A stretch of 32,000 nt of DNA from an uncultured Erysipelotrichaceae bacterium (lineage in GTDB: Bacteria > Bacillota_I > Bacilli_A > Erysipelotrichales > Erysipelotrichaceae), in assembly GCA_942492995.1 (NCBI GenBank), contig OW818653.1:1470001-1502000 (forward strand). The letters run 5' to 3'. Every line of letters starts with the position of its first letter. The first letter of the stretch is position 1. Below are positions 17,262 through 26,085 of the stretch, piece by piece. The notes below the pieces were generated by a model. The model ran no database searches. It was not told the DNA's origin and saw nothing but the letters and a program-made list of their open reading frames with translations. Made by a program: the position numbers and the translations under genes.

Positions 17262-18951
17262 GATTCGCTTCTAAGATTATCGCTTCAAACGGTTCTAAAC
17301 GATGAATTCTATGATCTACACGATTGTAGTTTGTATAAATGATACTTGTTCCATTTAGGTATTCAAACTTAATTGGATAAGGTCTAAAGTTTCCTATTAC
17401 AACTATCTTCTTATGCTGATCTGTACGTTCATACGCAAATACGTCTTCATGTTCAGCGTTAATTAACTTGAATTTACCAAATATTAGTGTATCTGAATAA
17501 TCACTGAATCGTCTTAAATGGATTAATTTCTGATAGGTCCTTAAGATAGAATGTTCATCCAATAATTGATTCTTCACATTAATCGTAGGATAATTTGATA
17601 TCTCTTTTTGGATTGGTTTAACTACTGAGAATCCAGCGTATTTATCATCTGACCATTGCATCGGTGTACGTGCATTGTCTCTAGATGTACGTCTTAGCTT
17701 ATCTAAGACATCTTCTAATGTGTCATGTTCAAGTAACTTCTTCACATTATTCTTAACCCACACATCGTTAAAATCATTCACATCCGTATAATCGACATTG
17801 GTCATTCCAATCTCTTCCCCATTATAGATAAATGGAGTACCTGGTAAAGTAAGTAAAATCATTCCCAACATTGTGCCTGACTCACGATGATAATGAATCG
17901 GATCACCATATTGATTAATCACTCTAGGATGATCATGATTCAACCAGTATTGTGGTAACCATCCTTTGTTTTCCATACCCTCTACCCAATAATTAAAGAT
18001 ACGTTTGAGATTTAATACATTTGTCACATTCTTTTTTTCATGAGTTATTGGATCAATAACTTGACTGGTTTCCCAACAATGATCAAAGTTAAATGCCATA
18101 TTAAATGCTTGTGCATCATATGCCGCATAGCCTAAACCAGCCTCTATTTTTGCGCCACCACCAACTTCACCTACTGTCATACAGTCATAATGACTTAATA
18201 CTTTATCGTGAAATTCGTTGATGTATGTAAATAGTTCTTTTCGATTTGAGAACTTACTCCAATCTGGCGCAACTCCATGTAAGTTAAGCGGTAATGTACT
18301 ATCTTTAAACGATAAATCACGTGCTAAATGCGCTATCGCATCTACTCTAAATCCATCAACACCCATATCTAACCAATAACGCGCCACATGATACATTTCT
18401 TCTCTTAATTTAGGATTATTCCAATTAAGATCTGGCATTTTATTGGAGAAGATCTTCATATAAAATTCTTTAGATTGTTCATCATAATTCCACGCGGAAC
18501 CTTCAAAGAAACTACCCCAATTATTGGGTGGAAGTAACTCCCCATTCGTATCAAGTTTTCCCTTTTGCCAGATGTAATAATCTCGTTTAGGATTATCTAA
18601 ACTTGAACGCGATTCTACGAACCATGCGTGTTCATCCGATGTATGATTTAGAACTAAATCCAATACAACCTTGATATCTCTTTGGTGAGCTTGATAAAGT
18701 AATTCGCGCGCATCATCGAGTGTTCCAAACACTGGATCTACATCTAAAAAGTTGCTCACATCATACCCATTATCATCCATCGGTGATTGGTAAAATGGAC
18801 CGATCCAAATGATATTAACTCCTAAATCTTTGATGTAATCAAGTTTTTGGATAATACCTTTTAAATCTCCTATACCATCTTCATTCGTATCATAGAATGT
18901 TCTTGGATAGATTTGATACCCAACTGAACTCATCCACCATTTTCTTTGCAT
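17254..18951 (-). CDS. malL: GH13_31-type oligo-1,6-glucosidase / alpha-glucosidase
   Basis: N-terminus WWMSSVGYQIYPRTFYDTNEDGIGDLKGIIQKLDYIKDLGVNIIWIGPFYQSPMDDNGYDVSNF. Region I DLVLNHTSDEH, region II GVDGFRVDAIAHL, region III TVGEVGG, region IV WLNHDHPR. Exact substrate specificity cannot be read from the sequence. Confidence 0.85.
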   Translation of the reverse strand: MQRKWWMSSVGYQIYPRTFYDTNEDGIGDLKGIIQKLDYIKDLGVNIIWIGPFYQSPMDDNGYDVSNFLDVDPVFGTLDDARELLYQAHQRDIKVVLDLVLNHTSDEHAWFVESRSSLDNPKRDYYIWQKGKLDTNGELLPPNNWGSFFEGSAWNYDEQSKEFYMKIFSNKMPDLNWNNPKLREEMYHVARYWLDMGVDGFRVDAIAHLARDLSFKDSTLPLNLHGVAPDWSKFSNRKELFTYINEFHDKVLSHYDCMTVGEVGGGAKIEAGLGYAAYDAQAFNMAFNFDHCWETSQVIDPITHEKKNVTNVLNLKRIFNYWVEGMENKGWLPQYWLNHDHPRVINQYGDPIHYHRESGTMLGMILLTLPGTPFIYNGEEIGMTNVDYTDVNDFNDVWVKNNVKKLLEHDTLEDVLDKLRRTSRDNARTPMQWSDDKYAGFSVVKPIQKEISNYPTINVKNQLLDEHSILRTYQKLIHLRRFSDYSDTLIFGKFKLINAEHEDVFAYERTDQHKKIVVIGNFRPYPIKFEYLNGTSIIYTNYNRVDHRIHRLEPFEAIILEANHD

Positions 18952-18986
18952 AATCATTTCCTCGCATTCTTGTATTAAAATTATAC

Positions 18987-20816
18987 CTATTTCTTACTCT
19001 TTTTTGGTTGATTGATACACCAAACAAATTCATATGGACTTAATTCAATCGATTCATCATCAAGATTAAATTGTCTACCTTGAATAAGATCAATCGCTTC
19101 TACTCCATTAAATAATTGTCTAAGATGATCTGTATTAATCCATTGTGTATGTTCACTAAAGTTAAACAACGCAAAGAATGTTTGAGTTTTAATCTGACGT
19201 ATAATACCTAAAACACTTTGATTATTTAGATCGAGTGCATATTGGTTCGCCTGTCCTTGTAAAAACGGTAATTTCTTACGAACTTCAATTAACTTCTTTA
19301 AGTTCTGATATACATCATACTCAACCGTCCCCATCACATCCTTGTTCTTAGAGCGTTTCCAATCAAAGAAGGGTCTGTGAACCCAACGTCCTTCATTCAT
19401 CTTATCTGGATCTAAACGATACGATTGATCATTTAAACTCGCAATCTCATCGCCTGAATAGATGAGTGGAAATCCACGATAGGTAAGAATTAATGCGTGG
19501 GCTAAATTGATTCTACGAATTGATTCAAACCGTCTAAATACTTGATTCGTTTCAATCGCTTTATCTAAACCTAATAAACTAGATAATGTCCCATTGGTTC
19601 GAGCATCATGTGTGATTGGATTAAACTGATACATTTCGCCTTTTGCGAATGATCCAGGAAATTGATTTCCATAGAACTTAATCAAAAATTGTTTATGTTG
19701 ATATGGATCTAATCCAAACGAACGGATTGCTTGTTCATTAAACCCCCAACCAATATCATCATGACAACGAACATAATTCATCCATGTCCCACGGTGCGGA
19801 ATTTGGAATCGATTCGCATCAATTGTAATAAGTCGTACATCACGTGTAGCGAACGCATTGTAGATATCTACCATTAAGTTCGCATTGTACATAACTTCAC
19901 ATTCTGGTTCGCCATCATCCCCAAAGTACTTCACAATTTCTTGTGGCTCTACAATCGCTTCACCTAGAAGTGCGAGTGATGGACATACTTCTTCTTTGAT
20001 TAAATTGAATAATCGTAATAAATCATGAATCGGTTTTAAATTACGACAGGTTGTATCAACTTGTTTCCACATAAATGGAATCGCATCTAAACGAATCATG
20101 TTTACACCAAGGTTTGCTAAGTACAATAGATTATCAGTCATTCCATTAAATACATACGGATTCTGGAAGTTTAAGTCCCATTGAAATTCACTAAATGATG
20201 TAAATACATATTTCTTAATTTCTGGATAATACGTAAAGTTACCTGGACATTTATCTGGTAGTACTTCAGGTACGGTTCGATTAAATCGATTTGGCATTTC
20301 ATCGGTATCATACATAATGAAATAATCTTGTTTAAGTTTATCGTGATTAAGTGCATCTTTAGCCCATACATGTTCTTTTGCGACATGATTAATAACGTAA
20401 TCGATACACACTTTTATATTACTTTTACGCAATGATTTAACTAATTGAAGAAAATCATCCTTACTTCCCAATCTTGGATCGATATTACGATAATCTTCTA
20501 CCGCATATCCTCCATCATTTTCACCATCTCGTGGTTTTAATAATGGCATTAGGTGTAAGAATGTAACCCCTAAATCATTGAAATAATCAATCTTCTGATT
20601 TAATTTCTTTAGATTACCTGCAAATAAATCAGTATACAATGTCATCCCTACGATATCTTGACCAAAGTACCAATTACGTTGATGTTGGTCCATAGTGACT
20701 AAATCTTTAGTACGTTCTGATTTATACTGATCCATCACAGTAAAGAGTTCATTTAACGCAGTCTCATTGTGGTAAAGCTTCATATAAATCTCACGTATTT
20801 TTAATCGATCATTCAT
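18987..20816 (-). CDS. Amylosucrase-type GH13 (GH13_4-like: amylosucrase / sucrose hydrolase)
   Basis: The segment VGMTLYTDLFAGNLKKLNQKIDYFNDLGVTFLHLMPLLKPRDGENDGGYAVEDYRNIDPRLGS closely parallels the amylosucrase N-terminal catalytic region as I remember it. Region II GVNMIRLDAIPFMWK, region III LLGEAIVEP, region IV YVRCHDDIGW. The start overlaps the fructokinase stop (ATGA). Confidence 0.75.
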   Translation of the reverse strand: MNDRLKIREIYMKLYHNETALNELFTVMDQYKSERTKDLVTMDQHQRNWYFGQDIVGMTLYTDLFAGNLKKLNQKIDYFNDLGVTFLHLMPLLKPRDGENDGGYAVEDYRNIDPRLGSKDDFLQLVKSLRKSNIKVCIDYVINHVAKEHVWAKDALNHDKLKQDYFIMYDTDEMPNRFNRTVPEVLPDKCPGNFTYYPEIKKYVFTSFSEFQWDLNFQNPYVFNGMTDNLLYLANLGVNMIRLDAIPFMWKQVDTTCRNLKPIHDLLRLFNLIKEEVCPSLALLGEAIVEPQEIVKYFGDDGEPECEVMYNANLMVDIYNAFATRDVRLITIDANRFQIPHRGTWMNYVRCHDDIGWGFNEQAIRSFGLDPYQHKQFLIKFYGNQFPGSFAKGEMYQFNPITHDARTNGTLSSLLGLDKAIETNQVFRRFESIRRINLAHALILTYRGFPLIYSGDEIASLNDQSYRLDPDKMNEGRWVHRPFFDWKRSKNKDVMGTVEYDVYQNLKKLIEVRKKLPFLQGQANQYALDLNNQSVLGIIRQIKTQTFFALFNFSEHTQWINTDHLRQLFNGVEAIDLIQGRQFNLDDESIELSPYEFVWCINQPKKSKK

Positions 20817-21772
20817 CTATTTTCACCACCTAATTGTTTAACATCATCGGGATATGCAAGTGAGCCTATTGCGCCTTTTTGAGTTGTCGCAAATGCACCA
20901 CACGCGTTCGCATATACACTAATATGATACAACTCACGTTCAGTTAATGAATCAAGTTTTAAACCTCTTTTCATCAATTGAGCTAATACACCGCCAAAGA
21001 ATCCATCCCCAGCACCAGTTGTATCAATCGCATCTACTTTAAATGAAGCAATATGAGTATATCGATTGTTAAAATAAATCGCACACCCATCTGATCCAAA
21101 GGTCACAAATAAAAGCTTAAATGGATAATTATCACTTAACCATTTACATGCACTTTCATAGTCATTTATTCCCGTTAGAAAGACTAACTCTTCTTCACTT
21201 ACTTTTACGATATCCGCATACAATAATCCTTTTAAGATTAATTCACATGCTTCATCTATATTATCCCATAATAATCGTCTTAGATTAGGATCATAACTTA
21301 TTACTTTATGTTTAGATTTTGCGTACTTTAATAATTTAAAACTTGTAGCACGTCCAGGCTCATCCGTCATACTTACACTACCAATATGAAAGATATCGCA
21401 TTCATCTATTTTCTGTTTGAATGTGTCATTCATTTCTACCATCACATCCGCATTATTCTTGCGATAGAAACTAAAGCTTCTTTCACCATTATCCCCAATA
21501 CTAACGATTGCTAAGCTAGTTGGATACTTTGAACTCATTAATAAGCCTTCTGTATCAACCTTCTTATCAATTAGAACATTTTTTAAGAAGTTCCCAAAGT
21601 GATCATTTCCAACTTGACCGATAAAACTTGCTTGATAACCAAGATTCGAAACTGCGACCGCCACATTAGCCGGTGCACCACCAGGATTAAACTCATAGAT
21701 TGGAAAGTTTCGGTCAGATAATCCATACGGAGCCACATCAATTAACAATTCACCAAATGCACATAGTTTCAT
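20813..21772 (-). CDS. PfkB-family sugar kinase, fructokinase-like
   Basis: N-terminus FGELLIDV.., an NPGGAPANVAV di-Gly lid region, and the C-terminal anion-hole motif DTTGAGDGFFGG. Confidence 0.8.
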   Translation of the reverse strand: MKLCAFGELLIDVAPYGLSDRNFPIYEFNPGGAPANVAVAVSNLGYQASFIGQVGNDHFGNFLKNVLIDKKVDTEGLLMSSKYPTSLAIVSIGDNGERSFSFYRKNNADVMVEMNDTFKQKIDECDIFHIGSVSMTDEPGRATSFKLLKYAKSKHKVISYDPNLRRLLWDNIDEACELILKGLLYADIVKVSEEELVFLTGINDYESACKWLSDNYPFKLLFVTFGSDGCAIYFNNRYTHIASFKVDAIDTTGAGDGFFGGVLAQLMKRGLKLDSLTERELYHISVYANACGAFATTQKGAIGSLAYPDDVKQLGGENR

Positions 21773-21780
21773 ACATGCAC

Positions 21781-22650
21781 CTATTTAACAGAGCCTTCAA
21801 CCATACCCTTAATGATATGTTTTTGAGCCATGAGGAAGAATATAATAATTGGGACAAGTGCCATAAGAATCGCTGTCATCATTAAATCCCATGAGACTAA
21901 GAATGCGCCCGCAAAGTTATTAACAGCTAAAGGAATTGTTTGAACAGGCGTTCCTTTACCTAAGACTAACATCGGAAGTAGGAAGTCATTCCAAATCCAT
22001 ATTCCATTTAGAATAAGAATTGTCACATAGATTGGTTTAAGAATCGGTAATACGATTAGGAAAAATGTTTTAAACTTTCCACATCCATCCATATACGCCG
22101 CTTCTTCTATTTCATGTGGAATAGATTTCATAAACCCATGGAACATAAAGATCGATAATGAACTACCAAACCCTACATACGCAATAATTATTCCAGTATA
22201 ACTTCTTAGTAATTGAATACCAGTAAATGATTGGAATATTCCAAACCATTTTACCAATGGAAACATAACGACTTGAAATGGGATAACCATCGCCGCTACG
22301 AAAATCATGAAGATCGCAGTCGATGTTTTAGTCTTAGTACGTAATAATACCCACGCAGCCATCGCAGAGAAGATTGTGATGCCCATTAATGAGAATACAG
22401 TAATAATCGTAGAATTCACTAAAGCTTGGCTATAACGTAAATTAGGGTTATTCCAGATATTCGAGATATTCGCCCATAATGTGGACCAATCAGATGGCAA
22501 ACTTAATGGAGTTGAGATAATTTCATTATTTGTTTTAGCCGCATTGATTAGCACAAGAAACAAAGGTACTAAGAATATAACGACTAATCCAATGGTAAGA
22601 AATTCTGCCACATTCTTAAGAATGATTCGATTATTGATATTTTTAAACAT
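21781..22650 (-). CDS. CUT1 carbohydrate ABC transporter permease (MalG-type)
   Basis: A 6-TM protein with the EAA loop EEAAYMDGCGKFKTFFLIVLPILKP. Confidence 0.9.
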   Translation of the reverse strand: MFKNINNRIILKNVAEFLTIGLVVIFLVPLFLVLINAAKTNNEIISTPLSLPSDWSTLWANISNIWNNPNLRYSQALVNSTIITVFSLMGITIFSAMAAWVLLRTKTKTSTAIFMIFVAAMVIPFQVVMFPLVKWFGIFQSFTGIQLLRSYTGIIIAYVGFGSSLSIFMFHGFMKSIPHEIEEAAYMDGCGKFKTFFLIVLPILKPIYVTILILNGIWIWNDFLLPMLVLGKGTPVQTIPLAVNNFAGAFLVSWDLMMTAILMALVPIIIFFLMAQKHIIKGMVEGSVK

Positions 22651-23603
22651 TAGAGTTCAACCTCGCGTTTCTTCGATACATAAACTTGGATGAGTGAGAA
22701 CGTAACTAAGACTAAGAAGAAGATAATTGCCTTAGCTTGAGCTTGAGCTGTATTCAATGAAATCGTAGACGTATCACTGATGTTCATTGCGAGAAGTGTT
22801 GTGCCCTTAATGGCTTTTCCTAGGAACATTGTACTAGGACCACCATTTGTTAAGGATACGTTCACATCAAATTGTTTAAATGAATTTACAAGCGTTAAGA
22901 ATAGCGTAACGGTAAACGCTTGAGAAACAAGTGGAATCGTGATATTACGGAAACGTTGCCAAGCATTTGCCCCATCAATCTGAGCTGCTTCAATCAAATC
23001 ACGTGGTACATTCTGTAATGCGGCCACATAAATCATCATGATATAACCAGCGGATTGCCATGTACTAACAATAACCATTGCGAGAAGTGCAGTCTTACTA
23101 TTCCCCAACAACAAGTTATCCGCAAGATACGTAAATCCTGCCATTTCAGCTAATTGAGGCACAAAGTTATTAAAGATAAATTGCCAGATATAACCTAAGA
23201 TAATTCCCCCGATAATATTCGGTAAGAAGAATCCTGCACGATAGTAATTACGTCCCTTTAATTGAGATGTGACTAGAAGCGCTAAAGCGAAAGCGATGAC
23301 ATTGACTAATAGAATATTCATTACAGTATAGATCGACGTAATGATTGTCGCATACAGGAAGGAAGGATCTTGAAATGCATCGAAATAGTTTTTTAATCCA
23401 ATAAAATCAATGGATAATTGTGCAGTTGCGGACCAATTGGTGAAAGAGTAATAAATACCAATCGCAAATGGAATGATCTGTACCATAAAGAATGAAAACA
23501 ACGATGGAAATAGAAATAGCCAAAATACAAACTTTTGGTTACGTTTATCTTGATCTAAACTACCACTTCCCATCTTCTTAAATGTTTCAATGAATTTCGA
23601 CAT
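22650..23603 (-). CDS. CUT1 carbohydrate ABC transporter permease (MalF-type)
   Basis: EAA loop IEAAQIDGANAWQRFRNITIPLV. AGGAGG SD. Its stop overlaps the next permease start by 1 nt. Confidence 0.9.
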   Translation of the reverse strand: MSKFIETFKKMGSGSLDQDKRNQKFVFWLFLFPSLFSFFMVQIIPFAIGIYYSFTNWSATAQLSIDFIGLKNYFDAFQDPSFLYATIITSIYTVMNILLVNVIAFALALLVTSQLKGRNYYRAGFFLPNIIGGIILGYIWQFIFNNFVPQLAEMAGFTYLADNLLLGNSKTALLAMVIVSTWQSAGYIMMIYVAALQNVPRDLIEAAQIDGANAWQRFRNITIPLVSQAFTVTLFLTLVNSFKQFDVNVSLTNGGPSTMFLGKAIKGTTLLAMNISDTSTISLNTAQAQAKAIIFFLVLVTFSLIQVYVSKKREVEL

Positions 23604-23617
23604 ACTGTCCTCCTGGT

Positions 23618-23651
23618 ATAAAAAATAGGGAGCAGGAACACTCCTGCCCCC
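23618..23651 (-). terminator. GC-rich hairpin plus T-tract between the binding-protein gene and the permease genes (partial terminator)
   Basis: The reverse strand reads GGGgGCAGGA-gtgt-TCCTGCtCCC (10 bp, 1 mismatch) followed by TATTTTTTATACCAGGAGGacagtATG. Confidence 0.6.
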
Positions 23652-23665
23652 TAATGTTTGACTGA

Positions 23666-24910
23666 TTATTTAGCGTTATCAGTTAGAGCTGTTTTTAATA
23701 ATTCTTTGAATTCTTCAACGGTAACTGCACCTTGAGCCAATTGGTCATAAATTGGACCTAAGACGTTATCTCTGAATTCGCCTGAGAATAAATATTGGTT
23801 CCAAGAATAAACTTTACCTTCAGCTGTCCAAGCTTGAACAGATCTAGAAAGTTTACCTGTAGGTTGTAAAGCGATGTTTCCAAATGCAGGAATCATACCA
23901 GCTTCTTCAACCATGTATTTTTGGCCAAGATCGGTATAGACTAAATTATTTAAGAAATCTAATGCTGCTTGATAGTTCTTAGAATCTTTGTTTACTACGT
24001 ACCATGCTGGTGCACTAACGAAGATACCATCAGTAACAGCTTTTGTAGAACCGTGAGGCGCAAATGCCATTTCGAATGTCGCATCTGTTAAGTTTCCATC
24101 AACCCAGTTTCCTTGGTGTAGGAATACTGCTTTTTGGTTTAAGAATGCGCCGACTTGTGAGTCGTAATTGCCTGTTGTTAGAACTGTCTTATCAGCGTAT
24201 GTGAACAATAAGTTAACCCAATCCGCATATTCACTGATTCGAGTTTCATCGATTGTACCTGCTAATAAATCATTCGCTACTGTTAAATCGTTGTATGGTA
24301 AGCCATTGGATAATAAGCTATTGAAATTATGGTGAGCTGTAACCCAATACATACCAGGACCTGCAGTCATCGAAACAACTGAGTCAATGCCTAATTCTGC
24401 TTTCATACTTTCAAGTTTAGCAAATGCGTCCATATAACCTTGATAGTTGTTAAGTGTCGCTGGATCAATACCTGCTTTTTCAAGTAAATCCGCATTGTAT
24501 GCCATACCCCAACCTTCAACTGCGACTGGGAAACCAACTACTTTTCCATCCACTACGTATTCAACTGAAGTATCGCCAGCCCATTTTTCTGCACTTAGAT
24601 CCGCAATAATTGCTTCCCATTGTGCATAACTATCTGGTCCATCGATTGGGAAGATATCAGGCATTTCACCAGCAGCGAAATCAGCCTTTAACATATCTCC
24701 TAAAGCACAACTACTACCACCACAGGATACGACGTTTACCTTCACCCCTGTAGCTTCTTCATACGCTGCCGCATAAGCTTGGAGAGCCTCATCAATTTCA
24801 GGTTTGTTTTGTTTGAATGTGATGACGACTTGTTCTTCTGCTTTTGGTGCACAAGCTGTTAACGATAAAACAACTAATAGCATAGAAATAATTGTTAATA
24901 ATTTCTTCAT
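23666..24910 (-). CDS. CUT1 carbohydrate ABC transporter substrate-binding lipoprotein
   Basis: The signal peptide has a lipobox (MKKLLTIISMLLVVLSLTAC). The 414-aa length and the overall pattern are typical of SBP_bac_1. AAGGAGG SD. Confidence 0.9.
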   Translation of the reverse strand: MKKLLTIISMLLVVLSLTACAPKAEEQVVITFKQNKPEIDEALQAYAAAYEEATGVKVNVVSCGGSSCALGDMLKADFAAGEMPDIFPIDGPDSYAQWEAIIADLSAEKWAGDTSVEYVVDGKVVGFPVAVEGWGMAYNADLLEKAGIDPATLNNYQGYMDAFAKLESMKAELGIDSVVSMTAGPGMYWVTAHHNFNSLLSNGLPYNDLTVANDLLAGTIDETRISEYADWVNLLFTYADKTVLTTGNYDSQVGAFLNQKAVFLHQGNWVDGNLTDATFEMAFAPHGSTKAVTDGIFVSAPAWYVVNKDSKNYQAALDFLNNLVYTDLGQKYMVEEAGMIPAFGNIALQPTGKLSRSVQAWTAEGKVYSWNQYLFSGEFRDNVLGPIYDQLAQGAVTVEEFKELLKTALTDNAK

Positions 24911-24937
24911 TTTGTCCTCCTTTTTCTATGTAAGTTC

Positions 24938-24943
24938 ATTATA
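24938..24943 (-). promoter_or_regulatory. Candidate -10 (TATAAT) of the ABC/amylosucrase operon promoter
   Basis: The reverse strand reads ..agtgaacTATAATgaacttacatagaaAAAGGAGGacaaaATG. Confidence 0.4.
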
Positions 24944-24966
24944 GTTCACTAAAATCAGAAAAAATT

Positions 24967-24980
24967 TGTAATCGTTTACA
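24967..24980. promoter_or_regulatory. cre / LacI-family operator, TGTAATCGTTTACA, in the divergent lacI-ABC intergenic region
   Basis: Matches TGWAANCGNTNWCA at all constrained positions and is near-palindromic. It lies 24-37 nt upstream of the candidate operon -10, so it covers the -35 zone. Confidence 0.65.
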
Positions 24981-25028
24981 TTTTTCAATAATTAATGATT
25001 TTATGCTAAATCTTTAGTGTTTTAGCTA

Positions 25029-25037
25029 TGTTATAAT
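25029..25037 (+). promoter_or_regulatory. Extended -10 promoter (TGtTATAAT) of the LacI-family regulator gene
   Basis: The sequence ctaTGtTATAATacatttaacATG places the -10 only 9 nt before the start codon. Confidence 0.5.
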
Positions 25038-25046
25038 ACATTTAAC

Positions 25047-26045
25047 ATGAGTACGATCCAACAAGTCGCATCTTTAGCGCATGTAAGCGTTGCTACAGTA
25101 TCCCGCGTAATCAATAATAGCGCTGGTGTATCAAAGAAAACACGGCTTAAAGTTGAACAAGCCATTGAACGATTGAAATATCAACCAAACGCAATGGGTA
25201 CTTTTTTGCGTAAAGATAAAACGAATATGATATTAGTGCTTGTTCATAGTGTTGATAATCCTTTTTTCTCCATGATTATCCAAGGGATTGAGAACATTGC
25301 CCATCATAATAACTACAATGTCCTTATTTGTACAACCTATGGCGATCGTGACCGTGAAAAACACTATGTGAAGATGTTAAAGAATCACTATGTCGATGGT
25401 TTAATCTTAATTTCAAACACCTTAACACTCGAAGAAATCGATGAAATATATACGAATTATCCATTAGTTCAAGTTATTGAGTATTTGCCTGAATCTAAAG
25501 CACCTTATTATAGTGTTGATTTCTATCAAGCAAGTTATCAATTGATGGAACATATGATTAATAATGGGTGTAAGAATATTGCGTATGTTCATACTGGTTC
25601 AACCCATATCGTTTCACACTTGGAAAAATATCGTGCTTATTTAGATGTATTGTGTAAACATCAATTACCGATACTATCCAAAACGAACGAAGAATATAAC
25701 TTTGGATTTATTGCAGGTAAGGCTGTCGCAGCACTTCTTCTCGACAATAATCCACAGATTGATGGATTCTTTGCGACATCCGATTTAATCGCAGTAGGTA
25801 TCATTGATGAAATACATTCACGTAAATTACGTGTACCTGAAGATATTGAAGTCGTTGGTTTCGATAATACCATATTCTCATCTTTGTCTAATCCCGCTAT
25901 CACAACCGTAGAATTAAATACATATGAGTTAGGCTGTAAGAGTATGGAATTATTGCTTAATAAGATAGAAAAAATTGATGTGGATATTAAAGTTGATCAT
26001 GTCTTACCATTCCAACTCATTGTCAAAGAATCAAGTTCAAAGTAA
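25047..26045 (+). CDS. LacI/GalR-family transcriptional regulator
   Basis: N-terminal HTH MSTIQQVASLAHVSVATVSRVINN, followed by a periplasmic-binding-protein-like sugar-sensing domain (..DGLILIS.., ..DGFFATSDLIAVGII.., VVGFDN). Confidence 0.9.
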   Translation: MSTIQQVASLAHVSVATVSRVINNSAGVSKKTRLKVEQAIERLKYQPNAMGTFLRKDKTNMILVLVHSVDNPFFSMIIQGIENIAHHNNYNVLICTTYGDRDREKHYVKMLKNHYVDGLILISNTLTLEEIDEIYTNYPLVQVIEYLPESKAPYYSVDFYQASYQLMEHMINNGCKNIAYVHTGSTHIVSHLEKYRAYLDVLCKHQLPILSKTNEEYNFGFIAGKAVAALLLDNNPQIDGFFATSDLIAVGIIDEIHSRKLRVPEDIEVVGFDNTIFSSLSNPAITTVELNTYELGCKSMELLLNKIEKIDVDIKVDHVLPFQLIVKESSSK

Positions 26046-26085
26046 AAAAACGTTGTAGGCAATTACCCACAACGTTTTATTTTTT
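26044..26085. terminator. Bidirectional rho-independent terminator shared by the lacI-family gene and the pullulanase gene
   Basis: AAAAAAACGTTGTaGG-caatta-CCcACAACGTTTT followed by ATTTTTT, with an A-tract on the left and a T-tract on the right. It lies between the two convergent stop codons and overlaps the pullulanase stop. Confidence 0.7.

Noticed and set aside
9064-18957. N-terminal extensions in the track ORFs (9064 GNAT, 11878 cutC, 14193 PstS-like, 16666 msmK, 18957 glucosidase)
   Set aside because: In each case an internal ATG has a properly spaced GGAGG, GAGG or GGGGA element while the upstream ATG has none. For the GNAT and PstS-like genes the predicted promoter fires downstream of the upstream ATG. 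I therefore used the shorter coordinates.
25082-25097. cre-like string TGTAAGCGTTGCTACA inside the lacI-family gene
   Set aside because: It is 16 nt, not 14, and fails the cre consensus at the constrained 3' C position. It simply encodes the conserved HVSVATVS part of the HTH.
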